From Podospora anserina (lineage: Eukaryota): a stretch of DNA of 64,000 nt. Positions 62,870-64,000 of the stretch are shown here, in pieces. Below the pieces are notes generated by a model. The model worked only from the letters and a program-made list of their open reading frames with translations. It did not search any database and was not told the origin of the DNA. The stretch is from NCBI GenBank assembly GCA_017654855.1, contig CM030334.1, forward strand, positions 3,720,001-3,784,000, in the 5' to 3' direction. Both the position numbers and the translations under genes were made by a program. Each line of letters opens with the position of its first letter. Position 1 is the first letter of the stretch.

Positions 62870-64000
62870 ATGAATGGCCATGGCACACAAGGCCACTTGG
62901 ATGATCCAGCTCGGGTCCCTTCTTCTCCTCGTCCCAAGGCAGGCTCCCGAACCAGCTCCAGTTCCTCTTCAACAGCGCAAACAACTTCCACACACTCTCA
63001 CCGATACCACCATAGCCGTTGCGGCGAACGAGCAAAATCGCACTTGTCGCGAGAGCTTTCCGACGGCACGAGTCTTGCCGTAACTCCAATGTCTGCCTTG
63101 TTGCAAGAGAGATTGGAGCGCGAGCGGAGGGTTGAGAGCGAGCGCGCGTCAAGTAGGACAAGCAATGATCTCTTTCGTTCTACCGTCGACAACCGAGCGA
63201 TCCGCAGCCCGTCCCCCGCAGACAGTCGTCCAATCTCGAGCCAAAGCTCAGATTCGGCTAGGAAGAAGGGCCTGGGAGTCAAGGAGATGGAACAGACTCT
63301 TTCGAATCTCCACAAGCAGAACTTTGACCTGAAGCTTGAGCTTTACCATCGGCGGGAAAGGCAGACGGTGTTGGAGGAGAGCTTGGAAAGGTTGGAGCTC
63401 CAAAAGGCCGAGACGGACAAGATGAATGACAGGCTTGTTCACGAGCTGGAGAAAAGGGACAAGGCAGTTGAAGAAGCTGTCAGCATGATTGTGGTTTTGG
63501 AAGCCCGGGTTGAGCAGTTGCTCAGGGAGCGAGAGATGGTCCGCCAAGTCGAGGTCCAAGGATTGCCAGGCGCGGAGGCAACATCAAAACACAAGGTCCT
63601 TCTGCCATCTGGGTCCGACGAGGTTAAGACCCTCAATCGAATGCCCAGTTTTGTCTCTGAGCACAGTGAGAGCACCGAAAACCTTCGAAATGTGTATCTG
63701 GGGGCCCGTGGCAACGTGTCCAGTCTCCCAACCATGCCCGAAGCCACCCCTGAGACAATCCGTGGGAGTTTCAGACTTGACAGTCCAACGTTGAGCATTT
63801 TGAGTGAAAGTTCTTTTGTGAGCGTATATGGTCGGACCAAGTCTCCAGACGCACCATCGCCTAAGGAAGAGAGTCCTTCACTCATGGACACGTCTTGCAT
63901 GCAGCGCATGCTTGCTCTGGAATCACCAACCAGAGTCAGAAGTGCCACCCCCAAGAACCGTCCCAGCACAGCCCGCGCCATCTCGAATGAATATACGCAT
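62870..64000 (+). CDS. Centrosomin motif 1 (Cnn_1N; Mto1/ApsB-type MTOC) coiled-coil protein, runs off window
   Basis: Open frame from ATG 62870 containing LGVKEMEQTLSNLHKQNFDLKLELYHRRERQ, followed by a coiled coil. No stop before the window end. Confidence 0.8.
   Translation, partial: MNGHGTQGHLDDPARVPSSPRPKAGSRTSSSSSSTAQTTSTHSHRYHHSRCGERAKSHLSRELSDGTSLAVTPMSALLQERLERERRVESERASSRTSNDLFRSTVDNRAIRSPSPADSRPISSQSSDSARKKGLGVKEMEQTLSNLHKQNFDLKLELYHRRERQTVLEESLERLELQKAETDKMNDRLVHELEKRDKAVEEAVSMIVVLEARVEQLLREREMVRQVEVQGLPGAEATSKHKVLLPSGSDEVKTLNRMPSFVSEHSESTENLRNVYLGARGNVSSLPTMPEATPETIRGSFRLDSPTLSILSESSFVSVYGRTKSPDAPSPKEESPSLMDTSCMQRMLALESPTRVRSATPKNRPSTARAISNEYTH

Noticed and set aside
1-64000. Starship captain (DUF3435 tyrosine recombinase) or Spok meiotic-drive gene
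   Set aside because: No recognisable motifs in ORFs or in the relics I could translate. Cannot be excluded in unassigned RIP stretches.

Overview
Eukaryotic, intron-containing filamentous ascomycete DNA. Sordariales, probably Podospora/Triangularia-like (inferred from RIP, a dispersed 5S gene and gene style; not verified by search). The window has three zones. (1) 1-12.8 kb and 23.3-27.6 kb are heavily RIP-mutated, TpA-rich blocks. Hand translation recovers host-type gene relics rather than transposases: tyrosinase, Ca2+/H+ exchanger, HExxH protein, nucleoside hydrolase and secreted proteins, plus a probable solo LTR. (2) 13-44 kb is a mosaic of broken or fused genes (GUF1, sacsin/NOV-like ATPase, Pth11-like, VOC dioxygenase, MFS, kinase, deaminase). 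It also holds an intact 5S rRNA gene, a MITE-like element, an inverted paralog pair, a pepsin-fold membrane protein with a truncated tandem copy, and an intact HeLo-like/ankyrin gene. (3) 45-64 kb holds a ~2300 aa ZNFX1-like SF1 helicase / NFX1 zinc / triple CbbX-type AAA gene ending in a Cys-Cys-His motif, an NB-ARC relic, a CorA-like gene, an SDR and the start of a centrosomin-motif gene. The best candidate for an under-described system is the helicase-triple-AAA protein and its conflict/immunity-like neighbourhood. All calls come from motif recognition by eye, and coordinates of relics are approximate.
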